NCBI GenBank assembly: GCA_041651055.1
Contig: JBAZJW010000001.1
Location: 536,506 to 600,505, forward strand
DNA length: 64,000 bases
Origin: Minisyncoccota bacterium
GTDB taxonomy: Bacteria; Patescibacteriota; Minisyncoccia; Phycocordibacterales; UBA5272
Direction: 5' to 3'
The position numbers and the translations under genes are program-made. Shown here one piece after another: positions 48,913 to 58,881 of this stretch; positions within the stretch are counted from its first letter, which is position 1; the number at the start of each line of letters is the position of its first letter. The notes beneath the pieces are model-generated. The model was not told where the DNA came from. It saw only the letters and a program-made list of their open reading frames with translations, and did no database searches.

Positions 48913-49521
48913 CTACTCCCCCGTTACGATTCCAAGCGCTTCGTCAGAGTATTCTGTTGCTGCGGATTTCTTCGCAGAACTTTTTCCTTTCTTTGCAGCA
49001 GGACGATGTGCGCGATATCCCATCAAGAATTTTTCTGGGTGGTCACACATATCGATGAAGTCTTCACAGGCTTCGCGAAGTTTACTTGATGATGATCGTC
49101 CGAATGAAATTACTTCCACTTGAACACCGAAATGTTCTTTGAGGAAAATAACAAGAGGCACGAAGTCTCCATCTCCTGTAGCTAAGATAATGGTGTCGAC
49201 TTTTGGTGCGAGACGAATGGCATCTACTGCAAGTCCCACATCCCAGTCGGCTTTCTTGGCTCCACCGTAAAAGATTTGTAGATCTTTTGTTTTGGTTTCG
49301 ATGCCAATTTTTGTAAGTGCTTCGAAGAAGTTGGTTTCATCCCCTGCTTCTGTGGTGATGACGTATGCGAGAGCACGGATAAGCTTACGCTTTCCGACAG
49401 ACTCCTGCATAACGGCACCGAAGTTTACTTTTGTGTTGTATAAATTTTTCGCACTGTGATACAAATTTTGTGTATCGATAAATACTGCGACGCGTTGGTC
49501 GCTGTGTTTGATTACTGACAT
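48913..49521 (-). CDS. NYN/LabA (PIN-like) domain protein
   Basis: VFIDTQN, KADWDVGLAVD, TGDGDFVPL, DFID. Confidence 0.92.
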   Translation of the reverse strand: MSVIKHSDQRVAVFIDTQNLYHSAKNLYNTKVNFGAVMQESVGKRKLIRALAYVITTEAGDETNFFEALTKIGIETKTKDLQIFYGGAKKADWDVGLAVDAIRLAPKVDTIILATGDGDFVPLVIFLKEHFGVQVEVISFGRSSSSKLREACEDFIDMCDHPEKFLMGYRAHRPAAKKGKSSAKKSAATEYSDEALGIVTGE

Positions 49522-49683
49522 AATAGATAGTTGATAGTCATTAGTTGATAGTTTTTAGTTGAATACAAAAATTCAAAACATCTAATGACCATATTGTTTA
49601 TTAAAATAGAAACTATAGTTTAGTATACACCCTGGGCTCAGTTAGGAGACGGCAGTTAGGGGTTAGGAGTGAATACAATTCTA

Positions 49684-49720
49684 AATTCATAAGCGCGCCC
49701 GAAGGGCGCGCTTATGAATT
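49684..49720. terminator. Terminator hairpin after rpsO
   Basis: AATTCATAAGCGCGCCC-GAA-GGGCGCGCTTATGAATT. Confidence 0.75.
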
Positions 49721-49749
49721 CCCTAACTTCCTAACGAATAACGTCCTAA

Positions 49750-50013
49750 CTACTTAAGTCCTAGCTTTGTTACGATTGAAGTATATCTCTTCTTGTTATT
49801 CGCTTCGAGGTACTTAAGATGAGTACGGCGATCAGCAACCATTTGGATAAGACCACGACGTGAGTGATTATCTTTCTTGTGTTCTTTCAAATGATTTGTA
49901 AGCTCTGTAATTTTCTTACTTAAAATAGACACCTGAACTTCAGGAGATCCTGTGTCAGTGTCATGAATTTGAGCGGTTTTGATGGCAGTAGCCTTTTTTC
50001 GTGCAGAAAGCAT
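49750..50013 (-). CDS. rpsO: 30S ribosomal protein S15
   Basis: DTGSPEVQV, HLKEHKKDNHSRRGL. Confidence 0.98.
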   Translation of the reverse strand: MLSARKKATAIKTAQIHDTDTGSPEVQVSILSKKITELTNHLKEHKKDNHSRRGLIQMVADRRTHLKYLEANNKKRYTSIVTKLGLK

Positions 50014-50367
50014 AAATGTAGCGTATTGATTAACTATTTGTGTATTGTATCACACATTTCCCTAAATTGCAACCCCTTTTGGGCAGATTTTAGACATTAG
50101 GTGTTAGATTTTAGAAAACCCCTCTTTTCCATAGATAATCTAGTATTATTTACATAAAAGAAGGCGGAATGGGTGGTTTTTTTTGGTTTACTGTTGCTGA
50201 CAGCTATGGATATTGGCCCTGGAGAAATAAAAAAACTCAGCCAATTGCTGAGTTTTGCTGTTTAGTACAGATAGATATAAATCTTGTTACAGCAATGACT
50301 ACGAGTCGTCACAACTAGGTAAAACCAGAAGTGTTCGCAGGAAGTCATTGCTGTGATGAAAATCGCT

Positions 50368-51522
50368 TTAATGCCGAAGTTTCATTCGAAAAGGTTTCAC
50401 TGTGTACGTGGTACACCTGAATGCATTAACATTGCAATGCGTTGTTGCATATGCAAACTTTAGGGTGCAGATAGTGGTCCTGGCGCCCTTTTTCAAATTA
50501 CCCTGGTCCGACCGTACTCCGACCAGTCGATGGTCTCCGTTTCGGTCTAACTTTCCAGCTCTCCCGATCATTGTTTTGACGTCCTTTATTTTGACGTCGT
50601 TTGTCTGACCCTCGATGCCACAAATGGCAACAAATCCGGGCCGCTTCCATTCCACGGCAAGGTGGATGGGTTTGTTGGATGAATCCGAACAGGTGACTGT
50701 GAATTGGTATGTTTTGTTCTCAGCCGAAAGCCCGGCGAGCATCGTTTCGAAATCTGGAGGGAAAGAAATATCTTGGAATCCGACAAATTTCTTTATTTGA
50801 GACAGTCCAATGGTTGCCTCGTTGGCAATGGTGCCAGCGACCCTTGCTTCGGCCGTTATCTTGACCGCCGTATCCTTTGCAATATTTCTTGCTAACGTTG
50901 ATACGTTGATTGCTGTTTCGGACCTTGTTTGGTTGTCCGTGGTGATTTCCGTTGTCCGGATCAGGTCTTTTCTCATGCGCCAGACCAAGAAGGAAAGGCA
51001 AAGCATTAACCCGAAAAAAACAACACCAACAGACCAGAGTGCAGTGGATTGGGTTGCAATCAACACCCGCAGACCTGCTTCGGAAATTTTCTGCTGCTCT
51101 TGTGCAGCTTCGAGGGCTTGTATCTTCCCGCCAAGCGCAAGGGCTTGCTGTTGCCCTTCAGTGATTTCCTTTTTCAGGCCTACACTGGTTTTGGTCAGTG
51201 CCGTGTTTGCTTCCGCAAGCTTTTTGTTGACCCTGTTAAGTGACGAGACGGTGTGCTCGAGTTGTTTGGCTGCTTTCTGTGCCTTAAGCGCACTCTCTTG
51301 CATCTTCACCATTTCCTCCTGCGCCTTCACAAGACTCTCCTGCATCTTCAGTGCATCCTTTTGCGCCTTCGCCACATCCTCCTGCATCTTCACAAGATCT
51401 GCGTATGTCAGAACGACGGTGGTTGTTGTGGCTTTTGCTGTTGTTTGCGACCACGACATCTGCGATGAGGCGATCAAAAGAATTGCCAGCAACACTTTCA
51501 CGAGTACAAGTATCGTTTTCAT
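50368..51522 (-). CDS. Signal peptide, coiled coil, TM and cytoplasmic domain; hypothetical
   Basis: SD AGGAG; KMQE/KAQ heptad repeats; TM ALWSVGVVFFGLMLCLSFLVW; terminator 50229-50256. Confidence 0.75.
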   Translation of the reverse strand: MKTILVLVKVLLAILLIASSQMSWSQTTAKATTTTVVLTYADLVKMQEDVAKAQKDALKMQESLVKAQEEMVKMQESALKAQKAAKQLEHTVSSLNRVNKKLAEANTALTKTSVGLKKEITEGQQQALALGGKIQALEAAQEQQKISEAGLRVLIATQSTALWSVGVVFFGLMLCLSFLVWRMRKDLIRTTEITTDNQTRSETAINVSTLARNIAKDTAVKITAEARVAGTIANEATIGLSQIKKFVGFQDISFPPDFETMLAGLSAENKTYQFTVTCSDSSNKPIHLAVEWKRPGFVAICGIEGQTNDVKIKDVKTMIGRAGKLDRNGDHRLVGVRSDQGNLKKGARTTICTLKFAYATTHCNVNAFRCTTYTVKPFRMKLRH

Positions 51523-51745
51523 GACCAACTCCTATTAAATTGAAAAGAACCGTTTTACACTACCACATTTTTGTAAAAAATCAAATATCTTCATGAAAGA
51601 ACCCTTCTCTTTCGGTGGTTTTCTTTCCTAACAATAATCCCCACAATATTGTACGACGTTGGTATATACTCAGAACAGTTAGGAGACGGCAGTTAGGAGT
51701 TAGGAAGTTAAACCCCTAACCCACAACCCCTAACCCACAACTCCC

Positions 51746-52693
51746 ATGCAATCCCTCGATACTCTCAAACAAGATTTCCTCCAATACATCGAAATCGAAA
51801 AAGGACGCTCAGCACTTACGGTGCGTAATTATGAGCACTATCTCAAGCGGTTTTTGGATTTTGTAAAAGTAGAATCCCCTGCGGATATCACTGAGAGCAT
51901 GATGCGTGAGTATCGTGTGTACCTCAATCGTCATCCAGCTCGTGAAGTAAAAAAGGGTCAGGCGGTGGAGACATTAGATAAGAAGACGCAGAATTATCAC
52001 CTCATCGCGCTTCGTGCATTCTTGAAATATATGCGTAAGCGTGGCGTGCAGAGCTATGATCCAGAGAGAATAGAGCTTGCAAAGACTCAGCAGAGAGAGC
52101 TTGACCTTATTTCAGAAAAAGAATTGCATAACCTCATGTCGGCACCGGACATTACTACTATAGGAGGGCTTCGTGATAAAGCGATCTTAGAATTATTTTT
52201 CTCAACAGGGTTGCGTGTTTCGGAATTATGTTCACTTGATCGTGATACTGAATTAAATATGGGAGAAATATCTGTACGCGGAAAAGGTGGCAAGATACGC
52301 GTGGTATTCATTTCTGGATCTGCTCGCGAAGCGGTCAAAAAATATTTAGATAATAGAGTTGATATCGACGAAGCGATGTTCATAGACCACTCCCCTCGCG
52401 CACATGCGAGAATGGTAAAAGAAGAATCAGTGCGCCTTACTCCTCGCTCTGTGGAACGTGTCGTGGAAAAGTACGCAGCCATTGCAGGCATAGCAAAGAA
52501 ATGCACACCGCACGTGATACGACACTCCTTCGCGACAGATCTTTTATATAATGGTGCGGACTTGCGTACTGTGCAGATGATGCTCGGACATGCGTCTATC
52601 GCGACGACACAAATATATACGAACGTGACCAACAAATTCCTTCGTGATCAGTTCGAAAAGTTTCATTCGAAGAGAGATGGAGGCAAAGAATAA
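51746..52693 (+). CDS. XerC/D-family tyrosine recombinase
   Basis: N-terminal SAM-like domain; TGLRVSEL, VRGKGGK, HVIRHSFAT, LGH, TTQIY. Confidence 0.93.
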   Translation: MQSLDTLKQDFLQYIEIEKGRSALTVRNYEHYLKRFLDFVKVESPADITESMMREYRVYLNRHPAREVKKGQAVETLDKKTQNYHLIALRAFLKYMRKRGVQSYDPERIELAKTQQRELDLISEKELHNLMSAPDITTIGGLRDKAILELFFSTGLRVSELCSLDRDTELNMGEISVRGKGGKIRVVFISGSAREAVKKYLDNRVDIDEAMFIDHSPRAHARMVKEESVRLTPRSVERVVEKYAAIAGIAKKCTPHVIRHSFATDLLYNGADLRTVQMMLGHASIATTQIYTNVTNKFLRDQFEKFHSKRDGGKE

Positions 52694-52778
52694 AGGTTGT
52701 TGACTTCGTTATCGGCCGCCTGTAGTATTTGTTTAAACATAAACAGTTCCGTTTGTGTGTTTCTGAAAGGACTTCCCC

Positions 52779-52991
52779 ATGCCGAAACTCATTTGTCCTG
52801 ATCATGGTCCATATTTGATCGAAGGATCGTTTATCGGGGCCTGCCCAGGTTGCTTGCGACTTGAACAGCAACAGTCTTCCACGGAAGATGTGCCAGTTCC
52901 GGAAGCAAAAACCTGCCCTTCGTGCGGGATGACTTCATCCTCGAAATGTTTTTTGCACGGATGTGATTTTCCAGGATCACACGGCGCATGA
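52779..52991 (+). CDS. 70-aa double zinc-ribbon-like protein
   Basis: CPDH...CPGC, CPSC...CFLHGC; promoter TTGACT-N17-TAGTAT 52700-52728, SD GAAAGGA, hairpin plus U-tract 53005-53046. Confidence 0.7.
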   Translation: MPKLICPDHGPYLIEGSFIGACPGCLRLEQQQSSTEDVPVPEAKTCPSCGMTSSSKCFLHGCDFPGSHGA

Positions 52992-53097
52992 CATGTTTCT
53001 GGTCAGCCCTTTTGCCCAGCTTCCAAGCTCGGGCTTTTCTTTTTTTAGATACCGTAGTAGTGTAGAATGTATCTGTTATTTTTTTGGAGAACGTTTA

Positions 53098-53403
53098 ATG
53101 TCAATGCCGACAACTCTTGATTTGCTGTATGGGGAATGCGCAGGATGTGCCCTTCCTGATATTTCTCACATGAACCATGGGAATACCACGTATGTCAGTT
53201 ACGGGGACGATACTTCAATTGTTATCCGGAGAGACAAGGAAGGAAACGAAACGTATGGAAGGTTTGTGGAAAAGTCTCCCAACAAAGGACCGAAACTTTT
53301 CCATGCGCTTTCTGCAAAAGAAGTCTGCGCACTGATGGAAAAGAAAAAGGCAAATGAAAAAGAAAGGAAACTGAGACACAAGAGGCAACTAACACGAAAG
53401 TGA
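53098..53403 (+). CDS. Small hypothetical protein with basic tail
   Basis: SD GGAG before ATG 53098; terminator 53433-53465. Confidence 0.6.
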   Translation: MSMPTTLDLLYGECAGCALPDISHMNHGNTTYVSYGDDTSIVIRRDKEGNETYGRFVEKSPNKGPKLFHALSAKEVCALMEKKKANEKERKLRHKRQLTRK

Positions 53404-53485
53404 TAGGGCCCCCTCGGAAAATAGAAACAACAAAGGCTGTCGCGAAACGCGACAGCCTTATTTTTATTTTGGTATACTACAGCAC

Positions 53486-54253
53486 ATGAAATTCATCTCC
53501 TACAATGTAAATGGAATACGGGCGGCGGAAAAGAAGGGTGCGCTCGGGGCATTATTTGCACTTGGAGCGGATGTTATCGGTATTCAGGAAACAAAAGCGA
53601 CACCAGATCAATTAAGCGCGGCGGCTATTTCCCCTTCTGGATACTTTTCATATTTTGATAGTTCGAAAGTTCGTAAAGGGTATTCAGGTGTGGCTGTGTA
53701 TACAAAAGTAAAGCCGGAGAAAGTAGAGTATGGTTTAGGTGATGATGCGCATGATGAAGAAGGAAGATGTCTCACGCTACATTTCAAAGACTTCGTGTTT
53801 GTTACGGCATACTTTCCAAACGGTGGACGTGATGAAGAACATTTTCAATTCAAGCTTCGTTATTATGAGTTGTTTTTGAAACATGTTAAGAAACTAGAGA
53901 AGAAATATGACACGGTTATTTTCTGCGGAGACTTAAATGTAGCACACAATGAAATAGACTTGGCGCGACCAAAAGAAAATAGCAAGCACATAGGATTCTT
54001 GCCGATTGAACGTGCGTGGGTGGATCGTGTGGAAGAAGCAGGATTCGTGGATACATTCCGTTTACTTCATAAAGACACCGTGAAATACAGCTGGTGGGAC
54101 ATGAAGACTGGCGCACGGGCGCGAAACGTGGGATGGAGAATAGATTATTTTTTCGTGAACAAAAAAGCCGAGATGCATGTACAGAAGGCCGATATTTTGG
54201 ACGACTTTTTGGGAAGTGATCATGCCCCGGTGATTTTGGAGATTGGGAAGTAA
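53486..54253 (+). CDS. xth: Exodeoxyribonuclease III / AP endonuclease
   Basis: SYNVNGIRA, QETK, GYSGVA, GDLNVAH, GWRIDY, SDHAP. Confidence 0.97.
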   Translation: MKFISYNVNGIRAAEKKGALGALFALGADVIGIQETKATPDQLSAAAISPSGYFSYFDSSKVRKGYSGVAVYTKVKPEKVEYGLGDDAHDEEGRCLTLHFKDFVFVTAYFPNGGRDEEHFQFKLRYYELFLKHVKKLEKKYDTVIFCGDLNVAHNEIDLARPKENSKHIGFLPIERAWVDRVEEAGFVDTFRLLHKDTVKYSWWDMKTGARARNVGWRIDYFFVNKKAEMHVQKADILDDFLGSDHAPVILEIGK

Positions 54254-54258
54254 TGGAG

Positions 54259-54299
54259 AAAATACTAAAGAGCGGCCGAAGGCCGCTCTTTAGTATTTT
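54259..54299. terminator. Bidirectional terminator
   Basis: AAAATACTAAAGAGCGGCC-GAA-GGCCGCTCTTTAGTATTTT. Confidence 0.85.
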
Positions 54300-54311
54300 G
54301 TAATCGTATTG

Positions 54312-54956
54312 CTAATTTTCTTTTCTTGAAAAGAATGAACGAAATGCATCAAGTCTTTCTTTGAAGCTTTCACGAAGTGTTTTTACTTCTTCCCTCTTTG
54401 CTTCTATTTCAACCTTGTGTTCTTCCTGAAGCGTTTTGATTTCTGCTTTTTTATCAGCAACCATTTCTTTCACTTCTGTTTTCTTTTTTTCTATTTCAAC
54501 TTTCTTTTCTGCTACGATTGCCTTCTTCTCGTCTTGTTTGTACTTGCGGCATCCTTGCATATCTGTTTCAAAACCAGTCCATGCACTTTTGCGCGCAGCG
54601 GTTAATTTTTCTTGAGCTGCAGTGACAGACTTTTTGTAAGCGTCGACAGCAACCTTGATTGCTTCTTTTTTTGCTGTTGCGTCGGTGATTGTTACGGCAT
54701 TCTTCTCAGCTTCCTTGCGTACTGTTAAGGCTGCTGACATTTCTGTATTATAGGTTGTTCGTGCAGTTGCGATAGAGGTGTCACGGTGTTCAATTGATGT
54801 CTGAGAGCATGCAGTGAAAATCTGTGCCTGTGTCGTTGTTGCCATTGCGACGCTTACAGCAGTCCCTGTATCTGTTGTCACAGAAGTTTCGGCAGATACG
54901 AAAGCTGGAACAAAGAGTGCAAGTGCAAATAATGATGTTGTAAAAGTTTTTTTCAT
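54312..54956 (-). CDS. Secreted Lys/Ala/Glu-rich helical protein
   Basis: Signal peptide AFVSA; coiled-coil composition. Confidence 0.75.
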   Translation of the reverse strand: MKKTFTTSLFALALFVPAFVSAETSVTTDTGTAVSVAMATTTQAQIFTACSQTSIEHRDTSIATARTTYNTEMSAALTVRKEAEKNAVTITDATAKKEAIKVAVDAYKKSVTAAQEKLTAARKSAWTGFETDMQGCRKYKQDEKKAIVAEKKVEIEKKKTEVKEMVADKKAEIKTLQEEHKVEIEAKREEVKTLRESFKERLDAFRSFFSRKEN

Positions 54957-54992
54957 AAAGAATAAAATAGTTTGTAAATAAGGATGGTGACG

Positions 54993-55358
54993 TTACATTG
55001 TATAGTCTACCAGTATTGCTTGGTAATCCGCCTCATTTATCCCCGCCTCAAAAGTTTCTACTTGAGTATCGGTGGCATAAAAAGGACTGTTGTTGTACGA
55101 GTCTAGTGCCTGTGGTGTTGTGATGAACGAAGGAAGTATGGCGATAGCTATGACACACACGGATACAAGCTGTGTGACCGCTACCCATATATAAGGGGAT
55201 CGTATCGCACGTCTGTCATGTGCAGTTGGTTCTTTCTCTGGTATTTGATTAAGAATATTTACAAGCATATCTCTAGACGGCGACACGGTCTCCGTATACA
55301 TGAAAAGCGCTTTTGCTATTCCTTCTTCTGATTCTGTTGTTGATTTAATGTCCTTCAT
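54993..55358 (-). CDS. Putative anti-sigma factor (single TM)
   Basis: Overlaps the ECF sigma stop; TM YIWVAVTQLVSVCVIAIAIL. Confidence 0.55.
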   Translation of the reverse strand: MKDIKSTTESEEGIAKALFMYTETVSPSRDMLVNILNQIPEKEPTAHDRRAIRSPYIWVAVTQLVSVCVIAIAILPSFITTPQALDSYNNSPFYATDTQVETFEAGINEADYQAILVDYTM

Positions 55359-55938
55359 GGAGATGGTGTGTGAGCGCTCGAAGCTTTTTGAGTGCGCGCT
55401 CTTTTATTTTGCGAACGGCCACTTCTTCTTTTTCTATAATATCCGATATCTCCTTGTAACTACGCTCTCCATAAAAATAGAGGCGTATCACCTCTTGTTC
55501 ATCCTGTGTGAGTGCTGGCAAGAACGTGTCTATCGTTTCGGCGAGCAGTCGCACATGTGCGTCGTCAAGCGTGTCGACGGAGTCATCTTTTGTCGTTTCG
55601 AAGAGTGTTTCGTCAAAAGAGATAGAGGACTTCTTTTCCGCGTGATTGATGAGCAGCCTCTTTCCTATTGTAAAAAGATAGGCAAGAGGAGACTTCTCAG
55701 GTTCATACGAAGGAAGGGCTTTATAGAAATTAAGAAAGGACTGTTGGCAAATATCTTGGGCAAGCTCTTTATCGTGACATTTTGAAAAAATGTAACGAAA
55801 GAGTGGGGCATACAAAAGCTCGTACACCACTTCAAAAGACTTCGCGTCCCCGTTTTTAGCGGAATATATAAGCTTTCTCAGTGATTCTGTATCCCCCACA
55901 CCATATATAACCGGCGTTTCTTTATTTTGTGACAGCAT
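55345..55938 (-). CDS. ECF sigma factor
   Basis: AKNGDAKSF, AQDICQQSF, AYLFTIGK, SYKEISDI...RALKKLR. Confidence 0.9.
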   Translation of the reverse strand: MLSQNKETPVIYGVGDTESLRKLIYSAKNGDAKSFEVVYELLYAPLFRYIFSKCHDKELAQDICQQSFLNFYKALPSYEPEKSPLAYLFTIGKRLLINHAEKKSSISFDETLFETTKDDSVDTLDDAHVRLLAETIDTFLPALTQDEQEVIRLYFYGERSYKEISDIIEKEEVAVRKIKERALKKLRALTHHLHEGH

Positions 55939-57064
55939 CTATACCGACCAGTGTACCAGAAGCGAGGAAGTCGAGCATTGCCCCGCCACCGAGTGAAACA
56001 AAGGAGAATTTTCGAAGCAAATGAAGTGAATGAGCCACAGACACAGTGTCCCCTCCTCCGACATACGAAGTTACTTCTCTATTTGCAAGCTTGGTGAGAA
56101 TTTGTTCGCTGCCATGAAGCCATCCTTTTTCATAAAGTCCGAGTGGTCCGTTTAAGATGACGGTTTTTGATGTTGCAAAAAGTTCATCTACCATCGCTAC
56201 GGTTTCGTTACCACAGTCCACTACCACACCATCCGGAGGTATAGATGAGACGGAAACAGTTTCACCTGTTGAGAGTACGACATCTTTCGGTGTGAGAAGG
56301 AGTGGGTGATTGATAAGTGTTTCAGACAGAAGAAATTTCGGATCGTACAAACTTTTTCCAATTTCAAAACCTTTTTGTCTCCAAATATTGTGCACCATCG
56401 CTCCACCCACAAAGACCCTTACACCTTTATCAAGGTAATGTTCTATGAGAGAAAGCTTTGTCGAAATTTTCGCACCACCCACCACAAGGAGTGCTGGCTT
56501 TTCTGGCGTGAGAGCGCGAGTGAGATTTTCTAATTCACGCGTGAAGGTCGGCCCAAAATAACAGAGCATGTGCTCGGCAATGCCGACGACGCTCGCATGT
56601 TCTCTGTGCGAAACCGAAAAGGCTTCATTAATAAAAATACCACCAAGAGTAGCGAACGATCGTGCAAGCGATGGAAGGTTTTCTGTTTCACCTTTCCACA
56701 TACGCACATTCTCCAATAGCATCCCCTCTCCGCGATTGAGTGCGTGTGCATGATTTTTTAGAACATTAAAATCAAGAGATGTGTCAAAGGTGATGTATGG
56801 AAGTGCTCGCGTCACATGGTCTGCGATGGGCTGTAGACTTTCCCCTTTTTCTCCGAAATGTGTCAGGAGTATTATTTTTGCTCCAGCAAAAGAAAGTTCT
56901 TGAAGAAGTGGAACGGTGACATCGAACCTGCTCGTATCAGTGATTTTGCCGTTTGTTATGGGCATATTCCAGTCGACACGCACAATAACGCTTTTATCTT
57001 TGAAGGTTTTTATGTCAGGGAGAAGATGGTTTTTCCACAAAGTGTTCATAGAAAGTTGAGTCAC
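55922..57064 (-). CDS. pgk: Phosphoglycerate kinase
   Basis: VRVDWNMP, LLENVR, HREHAS, GGAKISTK, NGPLG, GGGD, SLGGGA; start may be 57049. Confidence 0.95.
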   Translation of the reverse strand: MTQLSMNTLWKNHLLPDIKTFKDKSVIVRVDWNMPITNGKITDTSRFDVTVPLLQELSFAGAKIILLTHFGEKGESLQPIADHVTRALPYITFDTSLDFNVLKNHAHALNRGEGMLLENVRMWKGETENLPSLARSFATLGGIFINEAFSVSHREHASVVGIAEHMLCYFGPTFTRELENLTRALTPEKPALLVVGGAKISTKLSLIEHYLDKGVRVFVGGAMVHNIWRQKGFEIGKSLYDPKFLLSETLINHPLLLTPKDVVLSTGETVSVSSIPPDGVVVDCGNETVAMVDELFATSKTVILNGPLGLYEKGWLHGSEQILTKLANREVTSYVGGGDTVSVAHSLHLLRKFSFVSLGGGAMLDFLASGTLVGIDAVTK

Positions 57065-57849
57065 TAAGCGCTATGACACGAAATGATAATATCAGAAAAT
57101 GTAGTGACATCTTGCGACGCTCTCCCGATGAGAAGGCCGTCAACACCTCCTTCTTCGAGATATACTTTTGCATTTTCCTTGGTCACTGTTCCGCCATAGA
57201 GAATGTGAACTTTCTTTGCATGGTCGATACCCACAAGCGACGCGAGTGCGCGACGAAGCGCAATAACCACCTCGAAACATTCAAGCGGTGTTGCAGGAGT
57301 GTTGCCCCCTATTGCCCATACAGGTTCATAGGCAATGATGAGATTGGTAAAGAGAGTACGAGCGACAAGTGAGAGAGATTCTTTAATATCTTCTTCAAGT
57401 TCTGCTAAATAATTTCCTTCTTTGTCTCGTGTGTGTTCGCCGACGCACAGAATAGTGGTGAGTTTTGATTGCAGGGATAGTGCGACTTTGTGGGCTCTGT
57501 CGTCCCCTGTTTCGCCACGAGCACGCACCTCACTGTGTCCGATGATGGTGAAGTCTGCGCCGGCTGAAATGAGTTGTGAAGGAATAGTCACACCCGTTTC
57601 TTGTCCAAGTGTGACGCCAGAAACGTTTTGTGATCCGATAAAACCGGAGGCAATGGTTTCGTTTAGATGTGGAATGAAAATATCCGGCACCGCGAGGTAA
57701 TAGGATTTTTTTGGAAGAGCAACTTTATGTTTTGTTTTTGCGGTGTCGCACTTTTTGTCGAGCTGCTTAACGAACTTCATCGCTTCAGCAAGTGTGGCTG
57801 GTGTTGTTTTCCAGTTGCCAACGATGATGGGGGTACTGCGTTTAATCAT
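57064..57849 (-). CDS. tpiA: Triosephosphate isomerase
   Basis: GNWK, GHSEVR, AYEPVWAIG, LYGG. Confidence 0.95.
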   Translation of the reverse strand: MIKRSTPIIVGNWKTTPATLAEAMKFVKQLDKKCDTAKTKHKVALPKKSYYLAVPDIFIPHLNETIASGFIGSQNVSGVTLGQETGVTIPSQLISAGADFTIIGHSEVRARGETGDDRAHKVALSLQSKLTTILCVGEHTRDKEGNYLAELEEDIKESLSLVARTLFTNLIIAYEPVWAIGGNTPATPLECFEVVIALRRALASLVGIDHAKKVHILYGGTVTKENAKVYLEEGGVDGLLIGRASQDVTTFSDIIISCHSA

Positions 57850-58206
57850 AGAAAAAGTATACCATAAGAGAAAAGTCATAATTTACTTCATCTGCTTTGT
57901 TGCGGAAGATTTTTGCTCCCGCAATGTACTACTCGTACATCTTAGTCACAAAAATCTTCCGCGCCTCGCATCTCGAGTCAGCTTGGCTGCGAAGATGTTC
58001 GAAGCTAGAAAGCTGAGAACTAAGCAAATTCTTAATTTTCTCAACAATCGTATTGGCGCGCGTCATTTTTTCAATTTCTAAAAATTCTCAAATTCTGTGT
58101 ATCTGGTATCTTGGGTAATTTCTGGAATTTTCGCACCGTGTTCACGTAATGTTTTAAAAACGAGAAATAAAAAAGCGGACGCAGCACAGCTGCGTCCGTC
58201 TTGGTT

Positions 58207-58800
58207 TTACCCTTCTTCTGCTGGGTCGTAAGACAGCATTCGCCAGCCACGTTTGTACTTGGTGTACAAATTGAGGAAGACAGAATGAAAGTACAGAGCA
58301 GGTTCGTATCGACTTTTTTCGATGATACGCAAAACTTCCTTGTCCTTCGAAAGGTTACCCCCTCCATAAACTGTTATGTGGGGGCGATATTCATCTGGAA
58401 TTGCTTCACGAGGAAATATTCCAGCCGAGATAAGGTTTTCGCGCACCCTCTTTACGTAAACCTCCCAACTTTCTCGAGAAGATGAAGCCTCTACAGGGAA
58501 ATGGAGGAATTCCATTCCTTGAAATTCCATAATCGCCAATCCTCGTATCGAAAAAAGGGTTGTGTTTATTGGGTGACTCGAAAGAAGTCCAGCAAAACAT
58601 CCTCCCAAGTTGAGGTCTGAGGCTTCCTCGTAGGAGGCCATGAATGGTGGCATGACCGTAATATGTCGATCCTGCCTTTCCTCATGTTTTTTCCCGAACG
58701 ATGAAAAGACAAGCTTTTCATAGGCATCTATTCGGCTGAGAGCTTGACGAGAGGCGACCGCTGCCCCTAGGAAATATTTGGACCGAGTCGTTGTTGTCAT
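58207..58800 (-). CDS. 2H phosphoesterase (2'-5' RNA ligase/LigT superfamily)
   Basis: Two HxT motifs RHITVMPPF and PHITVY; SD GAGGGGAG; terminator 58169-58198. Confidence 0.8.
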   Translation of the reverse strand: MTTTTRSKYFLGAAVASRQALSRIDAYEKLVFSSFGKKHEERQDRHITVMPPFMASYEEASDLNLGGCFAGLLSSHPINTTLFSIRGLAIMEFQGMEFLHFPVEASSSRESWEVYVKRVRENLISAGIFPREAIPDEYRPHITVYGGGNLSKDKEVLRIIEKSRYEPALYFHSVFLNLYTKYKRGWRMLSYDPAEEG

Positions 58801-58881
58801 GTTCTTCTCCCCTCTGAAATTGTTAACGAACAGTGTTTGCTGCAATCCTACACAAAGATATGAAGAGGTGCAAGAAAAAGC

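Noticed and set aside
50283-50356. CAGCAATGACT...AGTCATTGCTG hairpin as a riboswitch
   Set aside because: It lies in a 3' UTR before a terminator and has no recognisable aptamer motif
50810-51538. Long antisense ORFs (also 31340-32152, 43529-44239, 7680-8393, 8192-8692)
   Set aside because: Shadow frames of real genes, without motifs or expression signals
51638-51662. dif-like site upstream of xer (minus strand ACGTCGTACAA resembles a XerC arm)
   Set aside because: No convincing partner arm at 6-bp spacing, and the location is near the origin rather than the terminus
51746-52693. Prophage integrase or integron integrase
   Set aside because: No phage genes, no IntI-specific insertion evident and no attC array; it resembles a housekeeping Xer
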